Source: Podarcis filfolensis
Lineage: Eukaryota
DNA: 64,000 nt
Strand: one strand, 5' to 3'
NCBI GenBank assembly: GCA_964270895.1
Contig: OZ185435.1
Part shown: one piece after another, positions 14,433 through 28,541 of the stretch
How positions within the stretch are numbered: position 1 is the first letter of the stretch
Layout of the letters: every line of letters starts with the position of its first letter
The notes under the pieces: generated by a model
Databases searched by the model: none
The model's input: the letters and a program-made list of their open reading frames with translations, nothing else
What the model was told of the DNA's origin: nothing
Made by a program: the position numbers and the translations under genes

Positions 14433-15689
14433 CTGTAACATCTTCCTTTAGTCCAATGTTGAACTAATGATGAGGTTGACTAGATGTGGGTTCAGGCCTT
14501 CTTCACTTTTAAGAGAATCTTAGCACTTATTTTGGCCAGAGACCATAGTAGGATACCCTGCTAAGGAAAGTGTGTTATCATGACAGTTCTACAATATCTA
14601 CATGGTACCTCTGCAAAGCCCAACAATACTAATAATTCAATAAACAGGTTCCAAAACTCTTCTGATTTCACTCCTCTGGGTTTGGTTCATCTTGCCTTTC
14701 TTGATCATGGTAGTTTTCATCTATTAGAACGTTTGTTCAGAAGTTAGATTCTTATGCAACTCGGATTATTCATGCTTAACTGGGAGTGATAGTGGATTGC
14801 TCCAGTTAAGTAGGAACTTTGTTAGAAGACTGCTTAGCACAATCTAGCACTTTAGTTCAAAATAGCTAATGGACGCCAGTAAATATTAGTACACATACAA
14901 AACAGCTGATGAGAACTAATGTGAGATACTTGAACATGCACTGCCCAAGGAAGGATTAATTGGAAGAGGAACAATGAATAATATCTACTGCATTTGATGT
15001 TTATGGTCTGTAGTTCAAAGAAACTGAGCTTGTGCATGGGAAAAATACTATCTCAAATATATGCAGGGATGCAGAAATGGGAAAACCTTGGGAAATACAT
15101 ATACAGAGCTATATACAGTCATAATAAGAACTTGTGGACTTGTGCTTGAAATTAAAAATATTAGAGGAATAAAATTATGGGACAGTTTCCCTAGTACAGT
15201 TTTGAAGAGCCTGGTTTCCAGGCAGGAGGATAGTATATTAATGAAGACTATAGAATGAGGAATGGAATTATTGTTAGATCTTGGGGGTTTTCTCCTTTTC
15301 CAGAGATAGTATGCTCGATAAGGTTTGCTTCATACTCGCACACTCAGAATTGAGAAGAGATTCAGAAGTTTCATATTTATTTATAAAACAACAAATTATT
15401 GCTGCGTGAGTGTAAGAAACTCTCTAAGTTACATTTAGAGTGTGGTTGCATCCAAGGAGGAAACATCTAGAATGGTTAGAATTGGTCTGGGTGGCACATA
15501 TAGAGGACCTATCTCAAACCATGAATTGTAAAATTCAGTGGTAAAGGATCCATCATTCTTGGTGCTAGAAGATCATCTCTCTGAGAAATGGCACAGAGAC
15601 AGCTTCTTTTGTCTCCAAGCACAATCAATGTGTTCTACAGGCCTTTTGCCTATTCCCGTGCTTGCTAATTCCTGTACTTTGTGGTATAG

Positions 15690-15770
15690 TTCCTTCCTTC
15701 CTTCCTTCCTTCCTTCCTTCCTTCCTTCCTTCCTCCCTCCCTCCCTCCCTCCCTCCCTTCCTCCCTTCCT
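15690..15770. repeat. (TTCC)n/(CTCC)n polypyrimidine microsatellite
   Basis: Seen directly, ~110 nt upstream of exon 9. Confidence 0.95.
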
Positions 15771-15842
15771 TTTACTGTGAGAGCATTGGGAGATCTGCTT
15801 TCATATGGGAGCTGGGGTTTATCTTCTGCTGTTAATTTCTAG

Positions 15843-16007
<165 letters not shown>

Positions 16008-19000
16008 TAACAAAAACAAACCCCAAACCCTCCTGTTGCAGATGGGACACTAAATGTGAGATAAGAATTTTCCATTTGTATTATTTCATTTCCACGTACC
16101 ACCCACCCTCTCTGCTGACACTGGATAAGTTTAAGGGAGCCAGGATTTCAGGTACAGAGCCTGCAATCCTATATGCACTTACCTGGGAGTAAGTCTCACT
16201 GAACTCATGTAATGGATTGCCTTGTGAATTATCTAGGTAAGCATATATTATCATCGGATTTAAGCAATGAACAAAACTTCATAAACACAATAGTAATTAT
16301 AAAACTATAACAAATTCCTTTTTTGTATCAATCATATATTATAAATTTTGTTAGCAGATGTTCTATTTTCTTTTAGCTTATAAACTGTTGAATTCAGGCA
16401 CTGCAGAGGCCAGGATGCCCTCCAGTTCTTTAAATTTCACCCTTGAAAAGTCTTGATAAATGTTAGCTCAAAAATCTTCCCCTATATTGAATATCCTGTA
16501 CCCCTTAAACTTGCCCACATTTCATTGGGTGTTAGGATTGAGCTCCCACCCTCCCTCCCTTCCATTCTGAATAGAGGAAAGAGCTTATTTTTACGAGCGA
16601 TCATAGTGTTGCCTCATGTAGGTGTCTTTTTCACGTTGTTGAAGATGCCTAATGGGGAAGGAGCATGCCCACACAATTTGGGTTCCTGTCCCTTTTTTTG
16701 CTCATTTAGGTGCGGCGGCCAGTTTGTGTTCAGCAGTCATTTTCTGTTACACCACATCCTACAGAGAGCCATTCTGTATTATGCTGCACGCCCCATGGCA
16801 GCCATTTTGTGACTGGTGCCCATTGAACTTCCTCAAAATTCCAAATGTTCCCACTGGCCCAAAAAGGTTGGCAGGCCCTGAAGCAGACTGACCTTCTTCA
16901 TATGGCCCAAAGCTTTTTTCAACAATACCATAACAACAATGAGCACAGTGATCTACTTTACATCTCCCCTCACCATGCCCACAACCACCAACTCCTTTTC
17001 CAGTTATCAAGGTCCCATAATTTATTTACCTTATATTGCTAATAGTAATTTGATACGGTATTTCCCTAGTAGATGAGTAATTTCAAATCTCGCTTAAATG
17101 CTTAACTTTACACTTAATTCATATATATTTCTGGTAATCAATAAAGAGATATCCACTTGATTTCCAGCTTATCCCGTGATAATTATTTTTACCCTTGTGG
17201 ATTTACCATTCAGGGTGGAGACATTTTAAAGCAAGCCAACCTAATTCAACCGTTCTAGACACAACTCAACTATCCATTAGATCACACACTTCTCCAAGTT
17301 TTGCAAAAGCAGTTTCCTTTCCAAAAACATGTCTACAGTATTATAGAACAAAAATGCGTTTTTGGGTGGGGCAAGGGAAACGCATACAATTTTACTTGCC
17401 AATTTTTGTGTTGCTTAAAAAAAAAGAATGCATAAAACAAAACCTCGAAGGGACCTATCATTGAATGCATGTGACACTAACGCAGAACAGAAATAGTCCG
17501 TCCTGATGTACATTGTTCCAAATCTAAACTGGGATTGACTGATGTACTTTGAACCAGCGGGTGCCATGGTTGGTGCAAAGGAATTGAGGCTTTCCTCCAT
17601 GCCCTCATTCACATTTATTACTGTGAGGCTGTAGCCACTCATTACCCATGTGGGAACCACAGGGAGGCACGAACTACTGAAGCAAGCCATTAGGACTCTA
17701 CATTAGGAATCAATTATGGAATTATATCAACAGGTGGAAATCATATACTGCCAAGAATGCACCTGCTGCCATTGCTATCCTTCTGCTCCAAGCTGATTAA
17801 CTGTAAACTATACAGTAGGGTCCTGAAAATGCGGGTTTTACGGGAGTAGTTGAGGGAAATAGCTGTGTCTGAACATGCAGAATAGACGTGGGATGAGGTG
17901 AGGGGAACGGCAACCGCTGAGCTCTAAGCAGTTGTCTTACAATTGTGTGCAAGATGGACCAGAAATGACAGACAAAGAGATCCCTTCACCTAAACGTTGA
18001 ATAGGCAGCTCTTACATAGAAGAGCACTTGTCTCTTTTTGTTATACATTTGACATTTTTTTAATGTTGTTTGACATTTGAAATAAAGAAATTGTCTCTCT
18101 TTTATAATGCGAAAATCACTTGGATCTGCCTGGGAGAGACACCTCAGCATTGTTCCTAATTGTTTTTGTGCACTCGAATTAAAATGCACGTTTTAATTGC
18201 TGCATCTGTAATTTTAGCAGAAATGGTATAATTACAGGCGTGATGCAGAGAGAATGTGTATCATCCGTTTATTATGTATCCACATTTTGGTTTCAACCTT
18301 TTGTCTCAACCTTGTCTGGGGTCTGTCAGACAGACTAACGGAGGCGATGCTCTCTCAAGAAACATTTTAACTCTGACTTTTTCAGTTTTCAACAATTACC
18401 CCACTTTTTTTCAGCATAACAAAGGAAGCAATGAAGGCAGACGAAAATGCAAAGAACTTATGACTGCTTTGCCTGAGACAGTATTTTTTTCTTTTTAAAC
18501 TTGAAATAATCAGGTCATCCTTGGTTATGTGGAGCACATTTTCCCCTTCTCTGTTTCTGGACTGCATTCTGACCCAGTCTGCCTTGTAACCACAGTTCTA
18601 GAATTGGCACAGGGAGGCAAGGATGTTAAAAAGTTGTATAAATTTGCACACTCAACCCAAAAAAAACTTCTTGCGTACTACTGTTTTATGATTTTCAAGG
18701 ACCTGATTTGAAGATGTGGACAACAAATGTTCTGTTTACCTATGCGAAACTGAAATATTATAAATAACTCCACGTCTTTTGGGGTAACTTCTGCGTAAAG
18801 TGAATCCTATGTGCTTTTACAGGACAAAGGCTTCACACCACAAGAAAGAAAAACACGGCTGTATTCTGCATTTGTGTGGCTAACTTTCACAATGAAATGT
18901 CACTGTCATGCCTCATGAGGGCACACAAAACTTTTCCAAGTGTTGTCTGCTACTTTATTGTGCTGGGCCTCAGTGTTCTCACACGCTAGGAAGGTTTTCT

Positions 19001-19589
19001 TTATTTCTTGTAGATTAGTTTGTTCTTGTAATTGTATTGTGAAAACTTCAATTGAAATAAAAAATCCCCATTACTATTTTAAATGTCACTTCAACAAACA
19101 AGCAATCTCTTGATGTGTTAAACATTTTTGGTACTTATTTTCAATGGTTTCCCTCAGTTTTCATCCATATTCTTGTTCTAGGCCCTGAAATAAAGACGTA
19201 ATTACAAGTAGCGTGCTACTTTGGTACTTATTTTTGATACTTTCCCTCAGTTTCCATCCATATTCATGTTCTAGGCCCTGAAATAAAGACATAATTACAA
19301 GTAGTGTGCTTGCTTTTGATTAATCAGAATGGCCTCATGCTGAAGCAAATATATGAGCTTTGTAAAACATGATTTTTTGATTTTAGGCCACAAATATAAT
19401 CAATATTTACGTCCCACTTTTTGACTGAACATGCCCAGAGTATATTCATAAAAACCATACAACAGCGTCATAAACATATAAGTGCAACTTACTAAAAGCA
19501 GTAACAGCAAACTCAAAATAACACCTTAAACAAAACAAAAGCAAGGGTAAAAATCATACACATAAAACTGGCAGCAATAAAACTAGGAG

Positions 19590-19875
19590 TTACGTGCAAA
19601 AAGCCTGTTGAAATAAGTGTTTTCAAATACGTATGGCAAAAGAGAATTGACAGAGGGAGATATTGATTGGTTTTGAATAGAAGAGCATTTCAGAGTTGCA
19701 AGTCTGTCTTTCTAAAGGCTCTCTCATGCTCAATCACTGAATATCCCAAGTTGGACCAAAAGTGCGTCTCCGGGTAGGCCTATATGGGAAGAAGCAGTCC
19801 CTAAACCATTTAGGGCTTTAAAGGTTAGAACCAGCACTATTGAACTGAGTCTTGAAGTGAATAGGAAGCCAGTGT
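19590..19875 (-). mobile_element. Old L2 fragment
   Basis: ccatttagggctttaaaggttagaaccagcac ... ggaagccagtg resembles the L2 block at 28880-28950. Confidence 0.55.
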
Positions 19876-20120
19876 TTGCATACAATGCTTGTGAGGCATA
19901 CAAGGTTAGTGTTTGTAAATCTGATATTTAAAGTCTTCTTTTTTCTAAAAAAAAATCTGGACTTATTTTCCTTACTTTATCTCAAGAACGTGGGTTCCTG
20001 CCATACAAGTGTATAATCTGTAGTATGAAGCCTTCCTATAGGGCTGCAGTATCATTTTACATACATTGATTGCCACATGGCTATTATGGGAAGGTTTTTC
20101 AAATGCAGCATAAGGCAAAT

Positions 20121-20134
20121 ATCTATCATCTATC

Positions 20135-20165
<31 letters not shown>

Positions 20166-20175
20166 ATCTATCATC
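20121..20175. repeat. (TCTA)n microsatellite
   Basis: Seen directly. Confidence 0.95.
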
Positions 20176-20804
20176 TTTCTTATACACCACCCTATACCTG
20201 GAGGTCTCAGGGCAGTTCACAACAAGACCACAACATTTAAAATCAAACCAAAAGCAACAACCCACAAGAACATCTTTGAAGACTGGGAAATGGCAAATTC
20301 TGATGGCCTTCCAACATTTATTTGCACTTACGTGCTGTATCCATGGTTAGGATTTCAAACCTTCAAGAAGCGGAAGAGACCTTAAAATCTGCAAATTCTT
20401 CTTCCTCCTCCTCACCAAAGCCAGACTCCCTTTGAACCAGCCTTTTCATATGAATTAATAGAATTAGAATTAAACATGGTGTGCTGTAAGCAGAAATTTC
20501 AATCTTGTCAGAGGTGCCACTGAGGGAAGGGAAGGAACATTGGTCTCCATATTAGTTTCATTGGAAAAGTTGTCATCCTATTATCTGTGCTTGAGAAAAA
20601 ATTCAAAAATAGGTTTAGGAGTCATTAGTTACAATAGCATTGCACATGAATAATAAAATTATATCTAAAAATAGAAGGTACATTCAGGACTTTTGCTCTG
20701 CTACAATTTTGAGACACTTCTTTTTGCATGTGTAAAAACAAACAAACACCACCAGTTACATTTTATAGATTTTTTTTTCTCCTTGAATTGCATATACATA
20801 ATAA

Positions 20805-21029
<225 letters not shown>

Positions 21030-24000
21030 TGAGTCTAATGAATGTGAGATTGTGACAGGGGGTGGGATTAAAATGTTTTATGGAAGGCTAGAGATCCCAG
21101 TTGTCTGAATTCATGGCTTTTCTGACCTGAGTTCATTGCTTCTTGGCCGAATATGAAAGGAGTTTGACTCCACAAACGTTCACTCCTGAACAATTGCCTC
21201 CTGAGGCAAGGACTTAATTTTGCAAACCCATCACAAATGGGTTCCAGGCAACAGTTTGTTTTTCCAAAGTTATTTTCCTTAGAAAACAGTAAAACCAGAT
21301 TAAATGGATGGATTGGCTTTTTGATCTCCACAGCATTGTGTGAATGCTGTGAACATGCATGCATGCATGCATGCATGAAGAGCACAGATCCCACAATAAA
21401 CACTTGTCTGAAAGCCCCTGAGTACAAACTTCATATGTGGTGCGTTTAAATGACAAAAAGTTCTTCCAGTTGCTTGAGCTCAAGCTGAGAAACCTTGTTT
21501 GATTTGCATTCACCAGAAGTTGTTGTTTCTCTTTATTTTTAACAATAAGTTGTTTCTAACTGGGGGCTTTTTTCACAGTGGCACTGTTAGTCTACTAAAC
21601 CTAAGAGTTGAGTCAGAATTTTGTACAGAGATGGGCATGCTAATGAACTCTGCGTTGGACGTGGCCTTGGTGCATCCAATACAAAACACTCAACGAGACC
21701 AACTACAACTAAGGATGCGTCTACACTTCTGTTCATCCCATGCCATAAAAGCTGGGGTTTGAGCTGTTTTCTGCTTGTTCCACCGCTTTCTCACAAGAGA
21801 GCCCGCTCTTTAGTGCTAAATTGAAACAAACGGCACTCCATAGAAAACCCAATTGTCATTTGTTCCGATTCAGTGCTAAAGATCGGGGAAAGTGGGGCGG
21901 CCTAACAGAAGTTAGTGATGCCAGCACACCATCACAAATGCAATGCAGCTCAACAGTATGGTAGGCACTCTTGCTGGCAACATAAATGTTTATAATGGGG
22001 AAGTCAGTAGACCTACATTCTACCACTAAACTGTTGCATCGTTGATATTGGATTTGGTCTTGCTCTTGTCTTTATTGTCGTGATACTACTTGGTCTGCCC
22101 CCCAAAAAAGTGTTTTTTACATTCTAAGGTCCTTCCCCTTAAACACAACTTATTTAAAGTTATTATTTTATTTATTTAAACAATTTATATAGCGCTTAAC
22201 TTCAGTCATCTCTAAGCAGTGTACAAGACTTAAGTGATCCCTGTTATTTTCTGCGCAATACAGATTGTGACATTACCACTTAATAATTACAAAATAATCA
22301 GGGTTGGGGGGTGGGCTAATTATATTCAGAAGAGTAAGCAACGTGTTAATGTGCATCAGGTTCACAGTTCAGCACTTTTAAGGTCCATTGTACTTATTAA
22401 TGAAGGCTGTACTTTTTTTGGTGGGGCAGGAGATGGTGTGTAAAATTAAACACTAAACATTAAAATTTATGGCCATGTTACAAAGGCCTCCGGAAGAGGG
22501 CTAGGAATAGCAAACGGCAGAGTCCTAAACTTCTGATGCAATGGAACTGAAACTAAATTCTAAAGTTCAGAAGCAGAATTTTATTGCAACATTTTTTTAT
22601 CTCGGATTTGGACATTTTTCATGCACTCTCTTCCAGCACTCTTTCATTTTTCACTGTTCTTCTTGAAAGGTCACCACTGAGAATAAGCAGACGAATTTGT
22701 TGGTTTATCAAGCACCCGATGGGCTATAATGTTTGACTTGACTTGACTCTCAGTAAACCCAGCATGCTTCTTGTTTCTGCGGTGGTTCCATGGATCCCGG
22801 TGCAAGTGACGGCTGAGCTCAAACTCATTGACACTTTCCACTTTGGGTCCAGCGTTAACGGCATTCATAGGTGCTAAAAGTCTCCCTCGCTGCATGGTTC
22901 TCAGCATGTTTTCTCAGAAGCCCTGCTGTGTTCGGTGGTATTTTTATGGGAGTCAGTGTGCACAAGGCAGCCTCTGTGTACCTTTTGAAAACGTCGTTAA
23001 ATCCGTCTTACAGATAAAACATTAAAGCAGGTCTGCTTAGTGTGCTTTGAAGGCCTTTTGAACGGAGAGCTGTGCAAGCAGAAGGATTGTAACCCAGGGA
23101 TCTTTGCAGGAGTCTAAATTAAGAACCTTTGGCCGTTCTCCAGATTAATGCGGAGCACAATTTAATAACGTACTAAATTGTTATGGGCCCGCCTCTCTCT
23201 AAAAGAGAGAGAGAGAGCAGAGAAAACTACACGGGAATTCTATAGAGTGGTTTAAAGATGTAAAGGGTTTTTTTAAAAAATAATAGATTTATAGAAACAG
23301 GGTGTATCAAAACAAAACATCCTAAACTCAAGAGAACTTTAGAAGTGGACTGATAACAAGAGAATTTTATTGCATGGGTGGAAAAAGTGAGCACAAGATC
23401 GGAAGTTTGAGCCAAGTCACATGGTCAGAATATAAATAGCCTCTTTCAGAACAGACATTATTCTCCCACTGAATCAGCAGAGCACGGCAGTAACCAGCAT
23501 TTGGGAAGAGTTAGAATGCTTTGCGCCATCTTCTGTTGAAAAACGGAAACTGCATCACAGAACTTTGGATCACACTCAAAGCTTCCTATGAAACATACTT
23601 TTCAGCCTAAACCCAAACATGCTCACTTGGAAGTACCAATTCCCGCCGATTTCAGTGGCACTTACTACTTAAGAAATGTACTTTTTGCATTTGCAGCCTT
23701 TTGAGTTCCATTCATATTTAGCTTTTCAAGATGAAGCAATGCATCCTGCGCTCCTCTTTCATGTTGCATAAACAGGGAAATATTTGCAAGTAGCCAGAAG
23801 TGCATTATCAGCACACATCTGAATGCAAAAGCATGCAAATAGCACGTATAGGTTTCAAAAAATTAGCAAATGCTGTTAAAGCAGCAGAACTGATTTGAAG
23901 CATTGGAAAATGTTGACAGTACGTAGTTCTCACTGCATGCCAGACTTCTGGAATATGCAGAAATGACTAGTTGAGATGAAAAAAATAAAATAAAAAAATT

Positions 24001-24294
24001 GCATCTTAGGTTTTGGTAGGTGAGGCAAGCTAGTCTCGTTTTGCTACACGTAATTACTGTTTTTCTGCTGTCAGATGTGCAGGATCAAGCCAATGTACCA
24101 GGTTCCATAGTTGTCCTTATGATGTATCTGATGTATAAGTGTCCTTACGATGTATCTGAATTGCTTGTAGATGCTGCTGCTCTACTTAGGCCCAGCTCAC
24201 ATATAATACTAAACCCAAACTAGCTTGGCGACAGCAAGCAGGCTGCTTCATTTCCTCCCTTGATTCTGCTGCTGTTTCACTATGGTTTGGCATA

Positions 24295-24696
24295 GTAAAA
24301 GGTAAAAAGGTAAAGGACATCTGGATGATTAAGTCCAGTCAAAGGCGACCATGGGGTTGTGGCGCTCATCTCGCTTTCAGGCCGAGGAAGCCTGTGTTTG
24401 TCCACAGACAGCTTTCCGGGTCATGTGGTCAGCAGGACTAAACCGCTTCTGGCTCAACAGAACATCGTGATGGAAACCAGAGCGCACGGAAACGCCGTTT
24501 ACCTTACCACTGCAGCGGTACCGATTTATCTACTTGCACTGGCGTGCTTTCGAACTGGTAGGTTGGCAGGAGCTGGGACAGAGCAACGGGAGCTCACCCC
24601 GTCATGGGGATTCGAACCACGACCTTCCAGTCGGCAAGCTCAAGAGGCTCATTGGTTTAGACGACAGCGCCACCTGCATCCTTTACCTTTACCTTC
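24295..24696 (-). mobile_element. Sauria SINE (part of an inverted duplication)
   Basis: Reverse complement of the tRNA-derived head (A box, GGTTCGAATCC B box) with the (ACCTTT)n-type tail at the left end. Confidence 0.9.
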
Positions 24697-26328
24697 AATC
24701 ATATACTCATGGTGGTTTTAAAAAAAGAATAAAACAATTAATAAAACAAACTAATTCATTTGCCATTTTACAACAACAACAACCATGGTTGTTTAGACCA
24801 CAGCAACACCTTTACTTTTACCTTTGGCATAGTGATACATGCCAAACCATAGCGCAGCAAACCTCTTGTGGCTTGTTTGTCAGAGACAAACCTTGTGCCT
24901 GGCTTTGCACATAGCCAAGCCATGCCTTCACTTGCTATAAGTGTAGCGGCAGGAAGACTGGAAGGCAAGTGAAGCAGTCGTGCGTTGTTTTTTTTCTGTG
25001 GGTTCCCATGTTCTTGTTTCTTCTGCCTAAGACATGGTTTCACTTAATGTCCCAAGCAAACAAGGCTCTAGTCTTCTATGACAATTAATGCTGTCACAGA
25101 GACAGCCGCTTATGCCACAGTGACAACACAAAATTCTAGATATGTAAAAAAGGAGCTGTTCTTATGAAATGGAAGTTTGTGGTTTCTAACCATTGGGTCT
25201 CAGGGATATTGAAAGGCAATATGATCTTTATAAGCATACTGTATAAATGTCAGGAATCAGAACCAACTTGCAAAGTTTCCCCCTTGTTATTGTTGATGGG
25301 GGGGGAGCAAATGATATCAAAATGGCATTGTGTAGAAGAATATTCTTGTGGTTTTTCACTTTTATTTCAATTTTTATCCAAATTCTCACTAAGAAATGTG
25401 GGGCAGCTTCCAGATACATGGACATATTTAATATTTATAAGTTTGCTTTGAGCCATTTTTTAATAAATAAAGCAACTAAATAATAATAATAATATGCAAA
25501 AGGTTAATAGCAACAAAAACAGTTCATGTATTTTAAAAATATACAAAAGCACAGTTCCCAATTATAAGTATATAAAAGCACAGTGTCCCTGGTTATCAGA
25601 TGCCTGTTAAAGTAGAAAGAAAGCTCGTAATATTTTTAAGGATTTTTGCTTTTATTTGAGATATTGCTGATACATTTGCCAGAGCACAATATAAAAGTTC
25701 AGTATCAAGTAAACAGATTTCCACCTTTAGCCTACATAAAAATGCAATAGTGGAGTGATCTGAGTTGTGGAGAAACAAGCCACATTAATCTCCAAGAACC
25801 ACTAAATGAACAGAATACACATTCTCAGTAATGTTAGATGCAGATCACTAAGCTTGTGGAGTAACAGACTCATTAACTGGGCAATGTACAGGAGCCTTCC
25901 ATTTAATTACACTGTTCTATTATTATGCTTTTTCTTTCTTTTTTAGAATGCAGCTGTTTTCCCCCCGAGTCTGACCTTTTATTATACAGAAGTTTTTGCC
26001 TAATGAAGAGAGATAATTATAGTACATACACAGTATGATTTTGACATATGGAAAGCAGTTGTTTCCAAGACTTTCCTAGGGCAGTGATTTACTTAAAACT
26101 GGATAGCATCTTCATTAAGTTTTAAAATGGATAGATGCATGCATTTAAGCGATACAAATAAAGATAACTTGTGTTTTTATTTTGTACTCTCCAACTGATA
26201 ATGGGGTTTATATTGTTTATTTTACAGGGTTGTTGTTGTTGTTGTTGTTGTTGTAAAATGGCAAAGGAATTAGTTTGTTTTATTAATTGTTTTATTCTTT
26301 TTGTAAACCACCATGAGTATATGACTGA

Positions 26329-26725
26329 AGGTAAAGGTAAAGGACGCAGGTGGCACTGTGGTCTAAACCAATGAGCCTCTTGGGCTTGCCAGTCGGAAGG
26401 TCAGCAATTCGAATCCCTGCGACAGGGTGAGCTCCCATTGCTCTGTCCCAGCTCCTGCCAACCTAGCAGTTCGAAAGCACGCCAGTTCAAGTAGATAAAT
26501 CAGTACCACTGCGGTGGGAAGGTAAACGGCGTTTCCATGTGCTCTGGTTTCCGTCACAGTGTTCTGTTGTGCCTGAAGCGGTTTAGTCCTGCTGGCCACA
26601 TGACCCAGAAAGCTGACTGTGGACAAACACAGGCTTCCTCGACTCCCTCAGATGAGCGCCGCAACCCCATAGTCGCCTTTGACTGGACTTAACCATCCAG
26701 GGGTCCTTTACCTTTTACCTTTACC
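26329..26725 (+). mobile_element. Sauria SINE, full length, with 11-bp TSD
   Basis: Head GGACGCAGGTGGCACTGTGG, B-box-like AATTCGAATCC, tail CCTTTACCTTTTACCTTTACC. TSD tatatgactga at 26318-26328 and 26726-26736. Confidence 0.93.
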
Positions 26726-28496
26726 TATATGACTGAGTGCTAATGTGTGTGTACATGTATATATATATATACTGCACAGTATATTCCTGAAGAGAATGAA
26801 GTGTCTTCATTAATTCAAGATGCATTTACACTTCTTCAGGTTATATTCTAGTACGCAATGACCTGCCCCAAGTTTCCATCAAGTTTGACCCTTCCATCTA
26901 TATTCTGTTGCCTTGCAGTGCAGCACCTGCCAATTTAGGACTTAATTAGGTGTTGTGCTTCTTGGCCTCCTCTTCTGCATAATGTCTTGCACCGATTAAG
27001 ACGTGCAGGATGACATCATTACGCTACCTATCGCCCCATCTCAACCTTATGGCGTAGGCTGCATGGATGGGGAGCATGTACGGTGTCAACAACACGTCAC
27101 ACTTCTGTTTCCCAGATGATACTACAAAGATGGGACAAAGAAATGCAGAGGGACAGCAGTCCTGTGTCTCTCACAATGCCACGTTAAGTTCTTAGAATTA
27201 CATTTGGATCAGGGACGTATAACAGATTACTAAACGGATTGATGTATTTTACTTGGCGACACTGGGGTTGCATGTCATGCTCGTTTGCCTTTTCTTGCCA
27301 AGGCTATTCCTGTTGACAGTTATGGGTCGTTTCGGTGCCGGGCTTATAATTCAGGCACAACACGAGCTTGGCAGTGAATGGGCGTCATGGCTGGTTAGGA
27401 AAGATATCTGAAAAACAAGTAGGGGAAGGCGCAGGGGAAAATGATGCTCGCATGGCCATCTGAAGAGACAAGGATCTCCAGAGTTTCAAAAACTCATGAG
27501 TGGAGTTTCTCAAAGTTATTTAATGGGGGGAAACCACGAATAGCCTTAGTTGTACATGACAGGTATACTAAAGAGTGAAAATGAGGATTAGATATAATGA
27601 ATCTGGAGGCTTACATTTTCTTTTCTTTTTGAAGGCGTTATGTGAAGCTGCTTAACAAACAAAAACTCTCTTTCAAGAAAGTTAAAGTTTCTTTTTGAGC
27701 TATTTGATCCCCCCTCCATAAAATTATTTTGCAGCACAATTTTATGCATGTTTACTTGCAAGTAAGTACAGCAGGACTTATTCTTATGTCAATATGCATA
27801 GAAACTCAGCCACAAAGTCCCTTCGCCTAGCCATCCTTAAGCTGTCATTCCTTTTGATTCCTATACCTTTGTTTTCGGTCTCAACACCTGATTAACAATT
27901 AATCATTGGTTTTTATTTTTCATTTATTTCAAATGTATACTCTGCCATTTGGGGCTGACTATGGCTGTCGAAGCAGCTCACCATGTGTGCTTTAAATAGA
28001 TGGCACCAGATGGAACTTTCCATATCAGTTCAGTTTAAATAGGGAAAGTGTTTGGCTCCAGATACCTGCAGCACCCTGGCTCAGTGAGGGTGATGTCATC
28101 CGTTGGAACAGCCTTCTGTGCCCAGATCCCTTTACAGATTAGATCCCTATGTGCAAAAAGGGCACAGGGCAGGTTGTTGCCCTTGGTGCAGTGGGATTAT
28201 GGAGAAAGTGCCAGGCATACAAATTAGTACAGTATTGTCACCTTCACCTGTTTGGTGTAATGGGAGACCTTCTTTCATGTGAAGAGGTAGGGAGATCACT
28301 GCATGAAAGATACCTGGATTGTGGCTACAGCACACAGCACACCAGCGTGTTTATGTTCAGTAAACACTGATATGGGCTTAAATATTGAATATTCAGTGTC
28401 CCCAATCCATCTGAAATCTGTACGGGTTTTGTCCAACTACCATAGTTTCAGCAGGACTTTACCCCAGCACATGGACCCAGAAGTGAGCGTCACTTC

Positions 28497-28498
<2 letters not shown>

Positions 28499-28541
<43 letters not shown>

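Noticed and set aside
18180-18500. TE-free blocks here and at about 22660-23000 that look like conserved non-coding elements
   Set aside because: Impression only. There is no motif or alignment evidence available without a conservation track.
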